From positions 64,001 through 128,000 of IMG/VR virus record IMGVR_UViG_3300045919_000302: a stretch of DNA of 64,000 bases. One strand, written 5' to 3'. The notes beneath the pieces are model-generated. The model worked only from the letters and a program-made list of their open reading frames with translations, had not been told where the DNA came from and did no database searches. The position numbers and the translations under genes were made by a program. The stretch's first letter is position 1; each line of letters begins with the position of its first letter. Of this stretch, positions 10,291 to 20,336 are shown piece after piece. The stretch comes from a virus.

Positions 10291-11174
10291 TCTCCGGAAT
10301 CGCCGCGCTCTTCTGGAAAAAGACACAGCTTGCATTTCGGACACTGCTCCTGCCTGTTGCCAATGCGGGCCTGCTCGGCCATCCAGTCGTGGTGGGCGAG
10401 GTACCCCAGGATCATATTCTTGAGTGGATGCCCGCAAGGATTCGGGTCGAATCGCGGATTTACGCGGATTTTCCTGGACATATCAAAGTCCGAACACAGA
10501 TCTCATGGCGGGAGGTAAAAGTTCACGAAGCTCAGCTTTATCTTGCTCGTCCGGCTCTTCATCGAAATCGCCGTTTCGGATCCGGGCTGCAAGCTCAGGG
10601 AGTCCGGCCTCAGTCAAGAGTTCGTTCGCCGCGATCTTCCCGCAAGCATACTTATTATTTTTATAGTCGTGGAATTCGCCGGCCTTGGCCTCGGCGATAA
10701 TTTTCTCAAGCAAGGGGGTTCTTGGTTGAACCTTCTCCAGCTCCGCCACTAATTCCACCCGCGTGTCCAGTCGCTTCTTCTTCATGGATCTCCTCAAATT
10801 CTTTTTCGGCCGTCGGACCAACTCCAAACCAGCCACCCTACCTGGCAGAGAAAGCCGATCTTCACTCGTCCGGTCCTTTGTCGATCTCGCTCAGCTTGCA
10901 CTCCAGGAGCGTGTCGCTCTCTGGGATCTCCCACCAGGGCACCACTCGTACGCGCTTCTTCGTCACCTTGTGTTGCCAGATCTTGACCTTGTTAGGCATC
11001 GAGCTTCTCGTGGAGTTTCGTGATGATCCCCTTCTGTTTGACGCTCATGGATTCGTACTTGCTGTTCCGAAGGCTTTTAATAAAGTCCTCTTCCCAATCA
11101 GTCCACTCCCGCTCATCGATGCCTTTGAGTAACGCCTGGATCTGCTTGTTGCCTGTCTCGTTTGTCTCGATCAT
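10239..11174 (-). CDS. small hypothetical proteins (10239..10481, 10483..~10785, 10992..11174)
   Basis: Packed ORFs on the dominant strand. Confidence 0.55.
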
Positions 11175-11309
11175 CCGCTCTCCATTCTTCCCAGCAAGTA
11201 TCGCAAAATCTTCCCACCGTCTTGCCGTTGCTAGCTCTCATCGACCAATCTTTACTGGGGCATCTTTGGCAAGTCCGGTTCAAGATCTCTCGGGCTTCTT
11301 CCGGGAGGC

Positions 11310-12212
11310 TCATGCTGAGATCTTCCTGTTCGGTTTGTAGCGCCCATCCTGCACTGGCTTCGCTCGAACCTTAAAGGTGCCATCGGCCTCAAGATGTTCA
11401 CCGAGAACGGTGGTCACGCTCTTGCCATGCTTCTTCTCAATCCGGTTGATCTCGTCGCGGCTCATGTAGATCCGAACTTCGACCAACTGGAACTTCTCTA
11501 CTGCAACCAGGGCCTTCTCGACTGTCAGGCCGCTCCGAACCAGTGGGGCCATCATCCGCATGTGCGCTGCGCTCGACTCGTCCTTCTTGGCATACTCCAA
11601 AAGGGTCGTCGTCTGCTTTCGATTTAGGTGAAAATTCCGACGCAGATTAAGAACTTCGTGTGCTGTTGCCGCCGTAATTTTACCAGAAGGCTTCTTCCCG
11701 CCCTTGGCGTTGATGATGTCTTTACGGAACTGCTCCGGCACATCGCGATACACCTCAACCGCTGTTTCGACCCGTTGCTTGGAGATGTCGAGACGAGCTG
11801 CGATCTCTCCCTCGGAGAGGCCGCGATCCATCAGCGACAGGAACATCCGTCCGTCCTCGGCCACGCTCGTATTGCGACGCTTGATATTCTCCATCAGGTT
11901 GATGAAGTCACGATCAACATCGTTTTTTACGTCCATCACGTGGGCCGGAATGTCGAGCCAGCCCAGTTTGTTCGCGGCCTGGAGTCGGCGGTTCCCGAAG
12001 ACGGCCTCGTACTTAGAGACCTTCTTCTTGCCCTTCCCGGGAACAGTGACCTTCATCACCCCGATCGGATGAAAGAGGCCGTTCTTTTTCATCGAAGCCA
12101 TCAACTCCTGGAGGTCCTCCTTCTTATAGATGACCCGAGAGTTCTCGGTTTGCAAAATCTTCCCCAACTGAATATTTTCAACTTTCATGACCCGGGACGT
12201 TATATTGGTCAT
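11310..12212 (-). CDS. ParB/Spo0J-like protein with HTH
   Basis: LQELMASMKKNGLFHPIGV, FGNRRLQA, LMENIKRRN, then HTH LSEGEIAARLDISKQRV. Confidence 0.9.
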   Translation of the reverse strand: MTNITSRVMKVENIQLGKILQTENSRVIYKKEDLQELMASMKKNGLFHPIGVMKVTVPGKGKKKVSKYEAVFGNRRLQAANKLGWLDIPAHVMDVKNDVDRDFINLMENIKRRNTSVAEDGRMFLSLMDRGLSEGEIAARLDISKQRVETAVEVYRDVPEQFRKDIINAKGGKKPSGKITAATAHEVLNLRRNFHLNRKQTTTLLEYAKKDESSAAHMRMMAPLVRSGLTVEKALVAVEKFQLVEVRIYMSRDEINRIEKKHGKSVTTVLGEHLEADGTFKVRAKPVQDGRYKPNRKISA

Positions 12213-12221
12213 TACGAATTG

Positions 12222-12563
12222 TCAAGAAGGTGCCAGGCCGTATGTCCGTCGATCTCCGATGTAATCTTGGGGTTTCCATTCCATCATGTCGGCATGCTGT
12301 TCAATCAGGGACTTTAGGGCCTCATTGGATCCGAACTGATCCCCTCCCAGAACGCCCAGGATCGTCCCCAGGAGGAAGATCGCAGCGGCCTCGTCCGAGT
12401 AGGGGGTCTCGGTCTGGGTGCTCTGAAGCAAGATCTCCAGGGCTTTGACGGGCTCTTTCTGGGCTAGATTAAGGAGGGCCCCAAAGCTTAATAGGGTCTT
12501 CCGTTTCGTAAAATCCTCAACGACACATTGGCCCCCTTGCTGGGCCAAGATAGCTTGCTTCAT
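12222..12563 (-). CDS. hypothetical protein
   Basis: 113-aa ORF with SD GAGGA. Confidence 0.55.
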   Translation of the reverse strand: MKQAILAQQGGQCVVEDFTKRKTLLSFGALLNLAQKEPVKALEILLQSTQTETPYSDEAAAIFLLGTILGVLGGDQFGSNEALKSLIEQHADMMEWKPQDYIGDRRTYGLAPS

Positions 12564-12707
12564 GCGCTACTATTCCTCTCACACACTGTTGTTTTGTTTG
12601 GAATCCTTGACCTACCGATGACCAAACAAAAGGTCAAGCCGGACGACTATAAGTTTTTTGGACAGACAAAACATGAATGGTTTCAGCAAGAGTTCACGTG
12701 CCACGTC

Positions 12708-12736
12708 GTGACATTTTGTTCTGAATCTGTTACTAT
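12708..12736 (+). promoter_or_regulatory. sigma70-like promoter for the plus-strand island
   Basis: GTGACA-N17-TACTAT upstream of 12758. Confidence 0.5.
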
Positions 12737-12757
12737 GGGCGCTCGTTGAGGTAGAGC

Positions 12758-13450
12758 ATGATTGACATAAGGCCACGGAATCGCGAGTTCTATATGACCA
12801 GCGCCATGGGGAATCTCCTGCATTCCTGGCGACAAAAGATGCAGCCGGTCGATTTCGACAAGGCCGCCGCCGAGATCCTACGGCAAGTCGAAAATTACCA
12901 GGCCCAGATCGCGAAGCTCCCCGCCGGCCGCGAGCGGGCGAAGGTCGCGATCAAGGCTCTCCAAGAACTCATCGAGCGCGAGAAGAAACAACACCTGAAA
13001 GCCTTCGAGGCGAAGGTCCAGTGTAAGGCCGGATGCGCGGGCTGCTGCCATCAACAGGTCGAAGTCAGCGGCGACGAGGGGGCTCTTCTCGCAAGCCTCG
13101 TGGACAACGGCCTCAAGATCGACATGGAACGCTTGGAGCGCCAGGCGAATACAGACTTCACCGATCTCGAATGGTGGAGGCAGTCACAGAGAGACAAGGC
13201 ATGTCTCTTCCTTGATGAAAAGAATCAGTGCCGGATCTACAGTATGCGGCCGATGGCTTGTCGAAAGTACTTCGTATTCACACCGCCAGAACAGTGCGCT
13301 GAGGTCAGCCCGACTGGATCCATTACTGTCGGCGTCTATACAATCCCGGACGCTGAGATCTTCGCCACAGCAATCATGGACTACGTCCGGGGAGAAGCAC
13401 CGATGGCCAAGGCAATATGGAAAAACTTGAAGGCAAGAAAACATGAGTGA
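12758..13450 (+). CDS. YkgJ-family cysteine-cluster (CxxCxxCC) protein
   Basis: CKAGCAGCC...ACLFLDEKNQCRIYSMRPMACRKY. Confidence 0.88.
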   Translation: MIDIRPRNREFYMTSAMGNLLHSWRQKMQPVDFDKAAAEILRQVENYQAQIAKLPAGRERAKVAIKALQELIEREKKQHLKAFEAKVQCKAGCAGCCHQQVEVSGDEGALLASLVDNGLKIDMERLERQANTDFTDLEWWRQSQRDKACLFLDEKNQCRIYSMRPMACRKYFVFTPPEQCAEVSPTGSITVGVYTIPDAEIFATAIMDYVRGEAPMAKAIWKNLKARKHE

Positions 13451-13595
13451 GAGATATGGGGACTGCCCAAGCTGTCTCGGGCATGGATCTGTCAAGACTG
13501 AAACCGGGGTGATCGACGAGACAACTGGCGTCAGGGAGATTGTGCAGGAGGAGTGCTTCCGCTGCGGTGGAACCGGAATGAATGGAGAAGTGCAG

Positions 13596-14603
13596 TGAAG
13601 CCAGAAAGTCTATCCACATCGATCGGACCGGTCTTTCTCAATCAGGATACTGGCCAGTACGATACCTGTTTGGGGTCAATGCCATACGAAGTGCTGCTAG
13701 AGAAATTCGAGGCCAAGCCACGCCCTACGGTTTACGGTGAAGAAGCGATGAAGCTTTTCGGAGAAGAGGCAGTGCAAATGGAGAGCGCCCAACTGAGGGC
13801 CGCTCGATCCATCCTCGATGATCCAGAACTGCGACAAACGATCGCCAATGCCTGCGGAGTTCCGGAAAGATACATCAGGAATCCACCACCCGATAAACTC
13901 AACGAATTCTTAAAGAGTATTTTTAAATGCGACTCAGAATGAAATCAAAACCAGAAGCGACAGGATGCTCACTCGGATTCAACACTGCCGGACTGGGCGA
14001 GGTCATCATGGGGTTCGATGATGACCCGGACGGCACTCACAACGGGGCTGACTCAATGTACATCAAAGATCTCGAAGTGCTGATCGACGACAAATGGATC
14101 TGCATGTCCGAAGCGTTCCGGACGAAGCAGCTCATCCCAAACAACTACAATACGGATTTCAGAAGGCCGGAAAATGAAGAAGAGCGCAAGCTGGGCTACT
14201 GCCCATGAGGTGCTACTTTCGAGTCCTCTTTAGGCGTCAGGGGAATTATATCTATATTCTAGAACTCAAAGTATTCCCTCTGGTTTTCATCTGGACTGCG
14301 AATAAATTCCCGGAGGGGTGGGCCGAAGAGGAGATCCGCTGCTGGGACTGGGGTTCGGTCGAAGACCTACTCAAGGACGCCAAACCTGAAGACCCGAGTG
14401 ATGACGATCCGACTTACGAGATTTACGGACTCATGAAGCTAGAGTCCACCAAGTCATGGACCGACTGTGGTTATGAATACGACACCGAGTGCGATATCAT
14501 CGAGTCAGAAGCCCGTTGCCTATCTAAAGAAGACGTAGAGGCTTTCGACCCGCCGCCAGAAGACTTGGCTATCAACCCTGACCGGAGTAGTACTCCGTCT
14601 TGA
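13596..14603 (+). CDS. three hypothetical proteins (~13596..13942, ~13939..14208, 14205..14603)
   Basis: Coupled ATGA junctions on the plus strand. Confidence 0.55.
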
Positions 14604-14943
14604 CGCTCATGTCTTTCGTGTCGAGGAGAACCTCACCTGAGATTTCGGTGTCGTGGGTCTCCGGATCCATCGGCAGGAATTGAAGGCAAACCTTATCCCC
14701 TCGGTGGATCTGAGACCCCAGTCCGCCGTCGTCGAAGTCGGCGTAGTCTCCGCCCCAGGAGATCCCTCGGCCTTCGCTGGAGTCACCCAAGATATCTCTT
14801 TCTCGGGTGATATGGAACTCTGGCTTCTCGTAACCCTTCTTCACTGCGGCAGCGCAAGCCTTCTTGATGGCCTTTTGAATCTCTTTGGCTGGGACGATGT
14901 CCTCAGACTCGACCATGGGAATTCCGAACCGTGAAACTTTCAT
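14572..14943 (-). CDS. hypothetical protein, possible virion-internal protein
   Basis: ATG 14943 overlaps the upstream TGA; N-terminal FGIPMVE motif. Confidence 0.6.
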   Translation of the reverse strand: MKVSRFGIPMVESEDIVPAKEIQKAIKKACAAAVKKGYEKPEFHITRERDILGDSSEGRGISWGGDYADFDDGGLGSQIHRGDKVCLQFLPMDPETHDTEISGEVLLDTKDMSVKTEYYSGQG

Positions 14944-15557
14944 TTGGGAACCCCCACCAGTATTTTGAGCATCTTCTCGCCGCCGATCTCGCGATAGTAC
15001 CATCCGTCGTACCCAGGGTACTTACCCTCGGGATGCGGGCCGACCCACTCGATCTGGCCCACCACGCGCTCGACGAACTCTTTCGCGTGAACGTAGGGCA
15101 CATGGTAGTGCGTGATCATGATGTGGGCCATGGCCTTTGAAACCTCGGCGTAGTGACCGATGGTCTTAAGCTGGGAGGCTCGGAACTTGAGGGCCGCCTC
15201 TTTGCCTTCAGGGCTTCCGTCAGTGCCCGTGGCCACGCCTTTGAGGCCATGGGGCTCCTCCTTGTTCACATTCACCGCGTTCACGTGGTCATCAGAGGCC
15301 GACAAATCCACCGCGAAGATTTCCAGATTTTTACCCAGGAGATCGTCGGGCGTCTTGATCTTGAGGTGGCCACCGATCTTGGCGTAGCTCTTTTGGATCA
15401 GGTCAAACAACTCCTGGCGAACCGCTGGATCGTTCTCGATGTCGGCTCGCTTGAGTTTTACCCACTGTCCGATCGGATAATGATCTGAGAACTTCTCCAC
15501 GAGCGGGAGTCCGAAGCCGTCTACGCAAACGTCAAAAGCATTTCCAGTGATGCCCAT
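14940..15557 (-). CDS. hypothetical protein, possible virion-internal protein
   Basis: 205-aa ORF with strong codon bias; N-terminal FGLPLVE motif. Confidence 0.65.
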   Translation of the reverse strand: MGITGNAFDVCVDGFGLPLVEKFSDHYPIGQWVKLKRADIENDPAVRQELFDLIQKSYAKIGGHLKIKTPDDLLGKNLEIFAVDLSASDDHVNAVNVNKEEPHGLKGVATGTDGSPEGKEAALKFRASQLKTIGHYAEVSKAMAHIMITHYHVPYVHAKEFVERVVGQIEWVGPHPEGKYPGYDGWYYREIGGEKMLKILVGVPK

Positions 15558-15613
15558 ACTTCTTCTAATCTATCCCAGAAAGCTACGGATGCCAACGATG
15601 CGGCACCCGTAAG

Positions 15614-16334
15614 TTACGCATACTGGAAATAGAGCGATATGATCATTCTGGTCTCGGTATCTCCACGTACGCTTGCCTGAAGGATTATCGTACGCTGGGT
15701 CGCTGTCGGAGCGAGTCCTCTCTCTAGGCGCTTCAGCACTGGTCTGAGCGACTCGTATTCCCACTCATTACTACATCTGAACATGATCGTTCGGACGGCA
15801 TCGGCCAACCTATGGATAGGGATCAGCTCGCCCGCCTCTAGCTCGGGCTTTTGCTCTTGTGACTCCTCTACAGGAAAGGCGGTCTCCCAGGTCTTGCCGG
15901 CCTCCTTGAGTATCCGGTTAGCCAGCCTGATTGCGTTGAGCGCCTCGCCATCGCGGTCGCTCGTAGTCATCATCATGACCTTGATGAACTTAGAGTTCAC
16001 CGGGTCTCTTGCTCAGCGTTTCGATGATCGGGTCAAGCAGATCACGAACCGTCCTGAGGGCATGAAGCGCCGCTCTCTCGCGAGCTTCCACGTGCGCGGG
16101 ATGGTTGAGTGCGGCTGTTGGCTTTACATGATCGAGCTGTTCCGCAAGCTGTGCTCTCTGAAGCTTGAGCTGTACAATCTGCACCCGTAGTTCGTCGTTC
16201 TCCTTACGGAGTTGGTCTATGCTGTCGGGCTTCGCAATCTCCGTCGGCTCCGGCGTCCGGCAATGAACACACAGACGCGGATAGGGTTGATCGATCGCCC
16301 TCGAATAGACACAGCCATCAGCGCACTTAATCAA
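15614..16334 (-). CDS. two hypothetical proteins (15614..16000; 15990..16334 Cys + coiled coil)
   Basis: Coupled ORFs. Confidence 0.55.
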
Positions 16335-16819
16335 GTTTCACCACTCTCAACCGTCTTATCGACTTCTTCGTCCAGCATCTTGCCGTTCAGAGCATTCTCG
16401 AAGAAGCGCATCAACCGCCGACCTTCGAGCGAAGGAACAACGGCCGCACGGCCACCCAGCTTTGTAAGGTGAACTACCTGCTGTTCGACCAGCCCAAAGT
16501 CTTCCAGATCCTTTACGAGCCGCTTCGTGACGCCGATCCGCTCAAGCTCCTCCCGAAGGACCGGGATCTGACGCTTCTGCTCCAGCAACTGTTCCACCGC
16601 CCAGAAGATCTGGTTGAAGGCTTGGCGATGTTTTTCTTTGAATCCCCTATGGGGCAGAGGAAGGTCATCGTCATTCAGAGCCTCTAGAGGGTCAACGCGA
16701 ACCTCTTGACCGCCTCGCCAGCGATATTCAAAGCGCCCTTCGGGCGTCAGGCGATGGCCGAGGTATTCGTTCTCTTTGTGGCCAGGGGACGGCGGGGGAC
16801 GCTCGATAGGTTGTTCCAT
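16331..16819 (-). CDS. putative winged-helix DNA-binding protein
   Basis: LREELERIGVTKRLVKDLEDFGLVEQQVV..PSLEGRR is wHTH-like; palindromic operator upstream. Confidence 0.5.
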   Translation of the reverse strand: MEQPIERPPPSPGHKENEYLGHRLTPEGRFEYRWRGGQEVRVDPLEALNDDDLPLPHRGFKEKHRQAFNQIFWAVEQLLEQKRQIPVLREELERIGVTKRLVKDLEDFGLVEQQVVHLTKLGGRAAVVPSLEGRRLMRFFENALNGKMLDEEVDKTVESGET

Positions 16820-16853
16820 GTCAGGACCATAACAAATGGTCCTGGGCTGTCAA
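16820..16853 (-). promoter_or_regulatory. promoter overlapped by a perfect palindromic operator
   Basis: TTGACA-N16-TATGGT-N6-ATG; CAGGACCAT-N5-ATGGTCCTG at 16822-16844. Confidence 0.65.
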
Positions 16854-17758
16854 TGCTCGTCCGCTTTACGAAACGTCTTTGTGTAGCTTTCCTTCCATCG
16901 GAGCTTTAGATCTGTCCGGCCTTTGCCGGTCCAGTAGCCCTGGAAGTGGGCGGGAACCTCTGCACCCTCCGCGTTGAAGATCCGTTCTTTCTTGAAGTCG
17001 AAGCCCACGAGAGTCACTGGAACGCCGTGCTGACTCTCCATCATCTTGTCGTAACGGCGCTGTTCCTTGGGTTTTCGAGTCAGCGGTCTCTTGGGTGGGC
17101 GGTGCTGACGGAGGTCCGGATCTCCCGAATGAACGTAGAGGAAGCAGTTGAGAGCGAATTTAAGGGTCTCGACAGGGATGTGAAAATCCGGGTTCACTTC
17201 CTTGAGACGATCTACCGCGCCCTCGATCTCCTCGTCCTCGGAGTAGAAGTGGAGAACGTAGCGATCCCAGTTGTCCGCGTGGACTCCGTCGGGTCGCTTC
17301 ATGAACTGGAACTCCAGGCGCTTATATACTTGGCCGCGCGAGTCTTTGCCGGGATTGCCTACACACCCAATATAAACAGCGGTGTAGTTCGGGAAGTCAT
17401 CCTCGAACTCGATGCAGACGATCTTGTTGTCGGCCGGGATCACCCGAGCCGGGACGGTAATCTTGAGTTTAGAAAGCTCCTCAGAAAACTGACGGGCCAT
17501 CTTGTAAATCAGCGCCCCGTCCTGTTTGAAGATCTGGTAGAAGAGTAACGTCCTAACTGGAGCCAGCATCTGGTTCACGCGAGAGAGCATCTCGGGAAAC
17601 ACGTGCGGCTTGACGTGATTATAGACGCAATCGATGTGACGGAAGTCCGCTGCATGGTCGTGGGTCTTGTTCGTGATCTCGACCAGCTTGGAAACGTAGT
17701 CCATCCTCCGGACCATGTCCGGCATCCGATTGAAAAGCTCCCAGTGTGTCTTTCTCAT
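16850..17758 (-). CDS. conserved-type hypothetical phage protein
   Basis: 302-aa ORF; basic C-terminus with H-F-Q-x-Y-W-x-G-x-G-R motif. Confidence 0.7.
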   Translation of the reverse strand: MRKTHWELFNRMPDMVRRMDYVSKLVEITNKTHDHAADFRHIDCVYNHVKPHVFPEMLSRVNQMLAPVRTLLFYQIFKQDGALIYKMARQFSEELSKLKITVPARVIPADNKIVCIEFEDDFPNYTAVYIGCVGNPGKDSRGQVYKRLEFQFMKRPDGVHADNWDRYVLHFYSEDEEIEGAVDRLKEVNPDFHIPVETLKFALNCFLYVHSGDPDLRQHRPPKRPLTRKPKEQRRYDKMMESQHGVPVTLVGFDFKKERIFNAEGAEVPAHFQGYWTGKGRTDLKLRWKESYTKTFRKADEH

Positions 17759-17759
17759 C

Positions 17760-18728
17760 TCAGTATCCCCCAGATCCGCAGCCGTGGTTCATCTTGTGAT
17801 GTTCCAAGAGTGCGGTCAGCTTTGCTGCCGGCATGTCCTTGTACTTAGCTTGGACCGCCACGAGCCGATCGCGGATGGTCTTCTTGGTGTTGAACACGCC
17901 GTGGTTCTTCTCCGCGCCCTGGTGACGATCGAGCTTGGCCTGCTCCATCTGGCACCACTCCTCGAACTTCACCGGGTGATTAATGGAGAGCCAGAGCAGC
18001 TCCTCCGCGCTCATGTAGGGGCAGCGCATGCAATTGCTCGGGAACGGAACCGCGTGGCCGACCGACTTGATGTACTCCTGGCACGCGGCGCGATCAAGAC
18101 CCTCTTCGACCAGCGGGAACACCCGGTGAATCGTCTTCCAGAAGGAGTCTTCCTTGCTGGCCCGCTGCTTCTCTTCAAGACGCTTGGACTTCTCGGCACG
18201 ACTCTCCTCGCCGGCAGCGTACCCGATCAGCACATCGATGTGACCGTTCTCCTGGAAGAACCGTTTGAAGGCCGCCTTTCCGCATCCCTGAGTCTTCGGG
18301 TTGACCTTAAGGCCGTAGCCGTACTTAGTGTTGATCCAGGCGTCGAGGTACTTGTAGATCGGATCCACTTTGACCTTGAGTGTGCAGGTCTTGGTGCCGA
18401 GCTGGATCAGGGTCGGTGTGAACTCGCTGTCGGCCCCGCGCATCTGGGGCTCGATGATGTTCGGCCACGCCGGACTGTGGTAACCCATGTCCGAAGTCAG
18501 ATGGACAAACTCGATCTTGTGGATCAGGCAGAAGTGCTTGACCTCTTGGACATGCTCCCACGTGTGATCGTGCTCATCGCCGGTATCAGATTGAACCACC
18601 ACGAAATCCCCGGGCGCGTATTTCGCTCTCCAGGCCGGATCGTAGACGTACTTGTAGAGCATGGTGGTCGAGTCTTGGCCGCCACCGAAGCTGAGGACTG
18701 TCAGGTGAACTTTGCGTTTAACGCTCAT
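17760..18728 (-). CDS. PAPS reductase/PP-loop (adenine nucleotide alpha hydrolase) family protein
   Basis: LSFGGGQDS PP-loop, SDTGDEH, CTLKVKVDP, IGYAAGE..R, FPL, SNCMRCPY. Confidence 0.85.
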   Translation of the reverse strand: MSVKRKVHLTVLSFGGGQDSTTMLYKYVYDPAWRAKYAPGDFVVVQSDTGDEHDHTWEHVQEVKHFCLIHKIEFVHLTSDMGYHSPAWPNIIEPQMRGADSEFTPTLIQLGTKTCTLKVKVDPIYKYLDAWINTKYGYGLKVNPKTQGCGKAAFKRFFQENGHIDVLIGYAAGEESRAEKSKRLEEKQRASKEDSFWKTIHRVFPLVEEGLDRAACQEYIKSVGHAVPFPSNCMRCPYMSAEELLWLSINHPVKFEEWCQMEQAKLDRHQGAEKNHGVFNTKKTIRDRLVAVQAKYKDMPAAKLTALLEHHKMNHGCGSGGY

Positions 18729-18770
18729 ACAAACATTCTCTCACAACGTAAGCATATGTAAACTGTGTCA
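18729..18770 (-). promoter_or_regulatory. phage promoter, class A (GACACAGTTTAC)
   Basis: GACACAGTTTACA...TTACG...GAGAAT-N6-ATG; shares GTAAACTGTGTC with 43984 and 54698. Confidence 0.65.
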
Positions 18771-18779
18771 GCGCAGACA

Positions 18780-19037
18780 CTACGCCCTGACGAACCCCAG
18801 GTCTTTCAGCATCTTTTGACTGAGCACCTTCGGTAAATTTTGATAGCACTCCAGCGCCGGCAGGCGTGTTTCGAAGTCCCTCTCCATTCCGAGGTCGTCC
18901 GCACCCCAGACGCATACTCTCCATTTGCCGCCGGTAAGAAGGGGCATGAAGGAAACCCTGACGAGATCGCCAGAGAAGTTCGGATACCAGTCATCGGCGG
19001 CCTTGAGCCACTTCACCCGGCTCATTGCCCCGGTCAA
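18780..19037 (-). CDS. hypothetical phage protein
   Basis: DDWYPNF...WRVCVWGADDLGMERDF. Confidence 0.65.
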   Translation of the reverse strand: MTGAMSRVKWLKAADDWYPNFSGDLVRVSFMPLLTGGKWRVCVWGADDLGMERDFETRLPALECYQNLPKVLSQKMLKDLGFVRA

Positions 19038-19148
19038 AGGCGATCAGCACGCCCTCGACGCCTTCGTTCTTGAGGTAATGCGCCAAGGTCGTGGCCTCTT
19101 CCTGAGTTAGGCCATCCATCACTCCCACGTCGGGGATCTTCCTCTTGC

Positions 19149-20096
19149 TCACGCGACCGCCTTTTCTTTGCGGGCCTTGCGGTGAAGGTCGCGAGCCACC
19201 AGGGACTTGCGGAGCGCGGCGAGCTGGGCGACCTCCTTTTCAACGAGAGCCGGATCCGCCTTCACGCCAGTCACGGCCTGGAGCGAGACATCTTCGCCGA
19301 GCTTCTTGCTCTTCTTCGGGGCCTTGATCGTCTTGCCCAGGAACTTCTCCAGGGCGACGTACCGGGCGTACAACTGAGTCCGGCGCTTGGCGGCGATAGC
19401 GAGGTCGCCATTGTTACCGAACACACAGAAGGAGCAGGAGAGGCGGCTCATGCCGGCAGCGTATGCCCAATGCACTTCTTCGCCGGCCTGACCGATCATC
19501 TGGATCACGCTGTCGGTCGGGACGTCGAAGATCGGGAGCCAGTCGTACCACTCGCGACCCGCGATCGAGTTCTTCTCGTCGAGCAGGAAGGTAAGGGCTT
19601 CGCCGGTCTTCTCGAAGTGATCCTTGTCGAGACCCATCTCACGGTCGTCGCTCTCGCCGCCGCGAAGGCCCATGCAGTTGACGATCAGCTTGTGGCCAGT
19701 GCCCTTGATGAACTTCTGGATCGGGCCGCGCTTTCCGTCGCTGGTGCAGAACCGCTGGCCCTTGGACGGGAAGTTCATGTTCGCGACGAACATCGAGATG
19801 AGATCCTTGTCGTCGCCGTTCTTGAAGATCGAGTGGACCACGTTCAGCTCGTGGCCGCCGAGGTACTCCCGGATATGATCCTGGGTGCCGGGCCACTCGA
19901 CGTCGCCGAGATCCGCATGCACGTAGACGATCTGACCGGTCGGGACCAGGGAGCGGACCAGGATCGCCATGAGCTGGGAGTCCTTGCCGCCGCTGTGGTT
20001 CACGAAGAACATCGCCTTGCGCTCGATCAGCGACTTTATCCGGGCGAGGACTTCGGGCTTCAGCATCTTGATCAGTTTGTTGATGACGTTGTTCAT
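19149..20096 (-). CDS. PAPS reductase/PP-loop family protein (second intact copy)
   Basis: NHSGGKDS, HADLG..EW, RFCTSDGKRGP, GLRGGESDDR, LPIFD, RLSCSFC. Confidence 0.9.
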   Translation of the reverse strand: MNNVINKLIKMLKPEVLARIKSLIERKAMFFVNHSGGKDSQLMAILVRSLVPTGQIVYVHADLGDVEWPGTQDHIREYLGGHELNVVHSIFKNGDDKDLISMFVANMNFPSKGQRFCTSDGKRGPIQKFIKGTGHKLIVNCMGLRGGESDDREMGLDKDHFEKTGEALTFLLDEKNSIAGREWYDWLPIFDVPTDSVIQMIGQAGEEVHWAYAAGMSRLSCSFCVFGNNGDLAIAAKRRTQLYARYVALEKFLGKTIKAPKKSKKLGEDVSLQAVTGVKADPALVEKEVAQLAALRKSLVARDLHRKARKEKAVA

Positions 20097-20140
20097 ACTT
20101 AAATAGTACAAAACGTACTACAAAAAGTACAACACTATTT
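20097..20140 (-). promoter_or_regulatory. phage promoter, class B, with tandem 12-bp repeat
   Basis: TACAAAACGTAC/TACAAAAAGTAC at 20107-20130 flanked by AAATAGT/ACTATTT; TACTAT-N6-ATG. Confidence 0.65.
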
Positions 20141-20336
20141 GCTACATCGCGTCAGAATTATTTCTGTTTACAATCATCGAGATAGACTCATTCGCCCTGC
20201 GTCTGCCCGGACATACGGGAGCCATGGCGGATGCCGTAAGTCAGTCCATCCCGGAAGCCTGACTGGTACGAGTCCCGGATCTTCCGCATGACCACGATGT
20301 AACCGACCGCGAGCGGGACGACAAGCCAACCCAAAT

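Noticed and set aside
17760-20096. Sulfate-assimilation auxiliary metabolic genes (cysH) or a complete Dnd system
   Set aside because: No other cys, dnd or ssp genes in the window; the fold alone does not establish either function.
17715-20102. Long plus-strand ORFs 17715..18761 and 19182..20102 (also 24540..25241, 33953..34795, 44927..45685)
   Set aside because: Antisense shadows of real genes caused by GC-rich third positions; no motifs or RBS, unlike the same-strand overprinted ORF in the intein.
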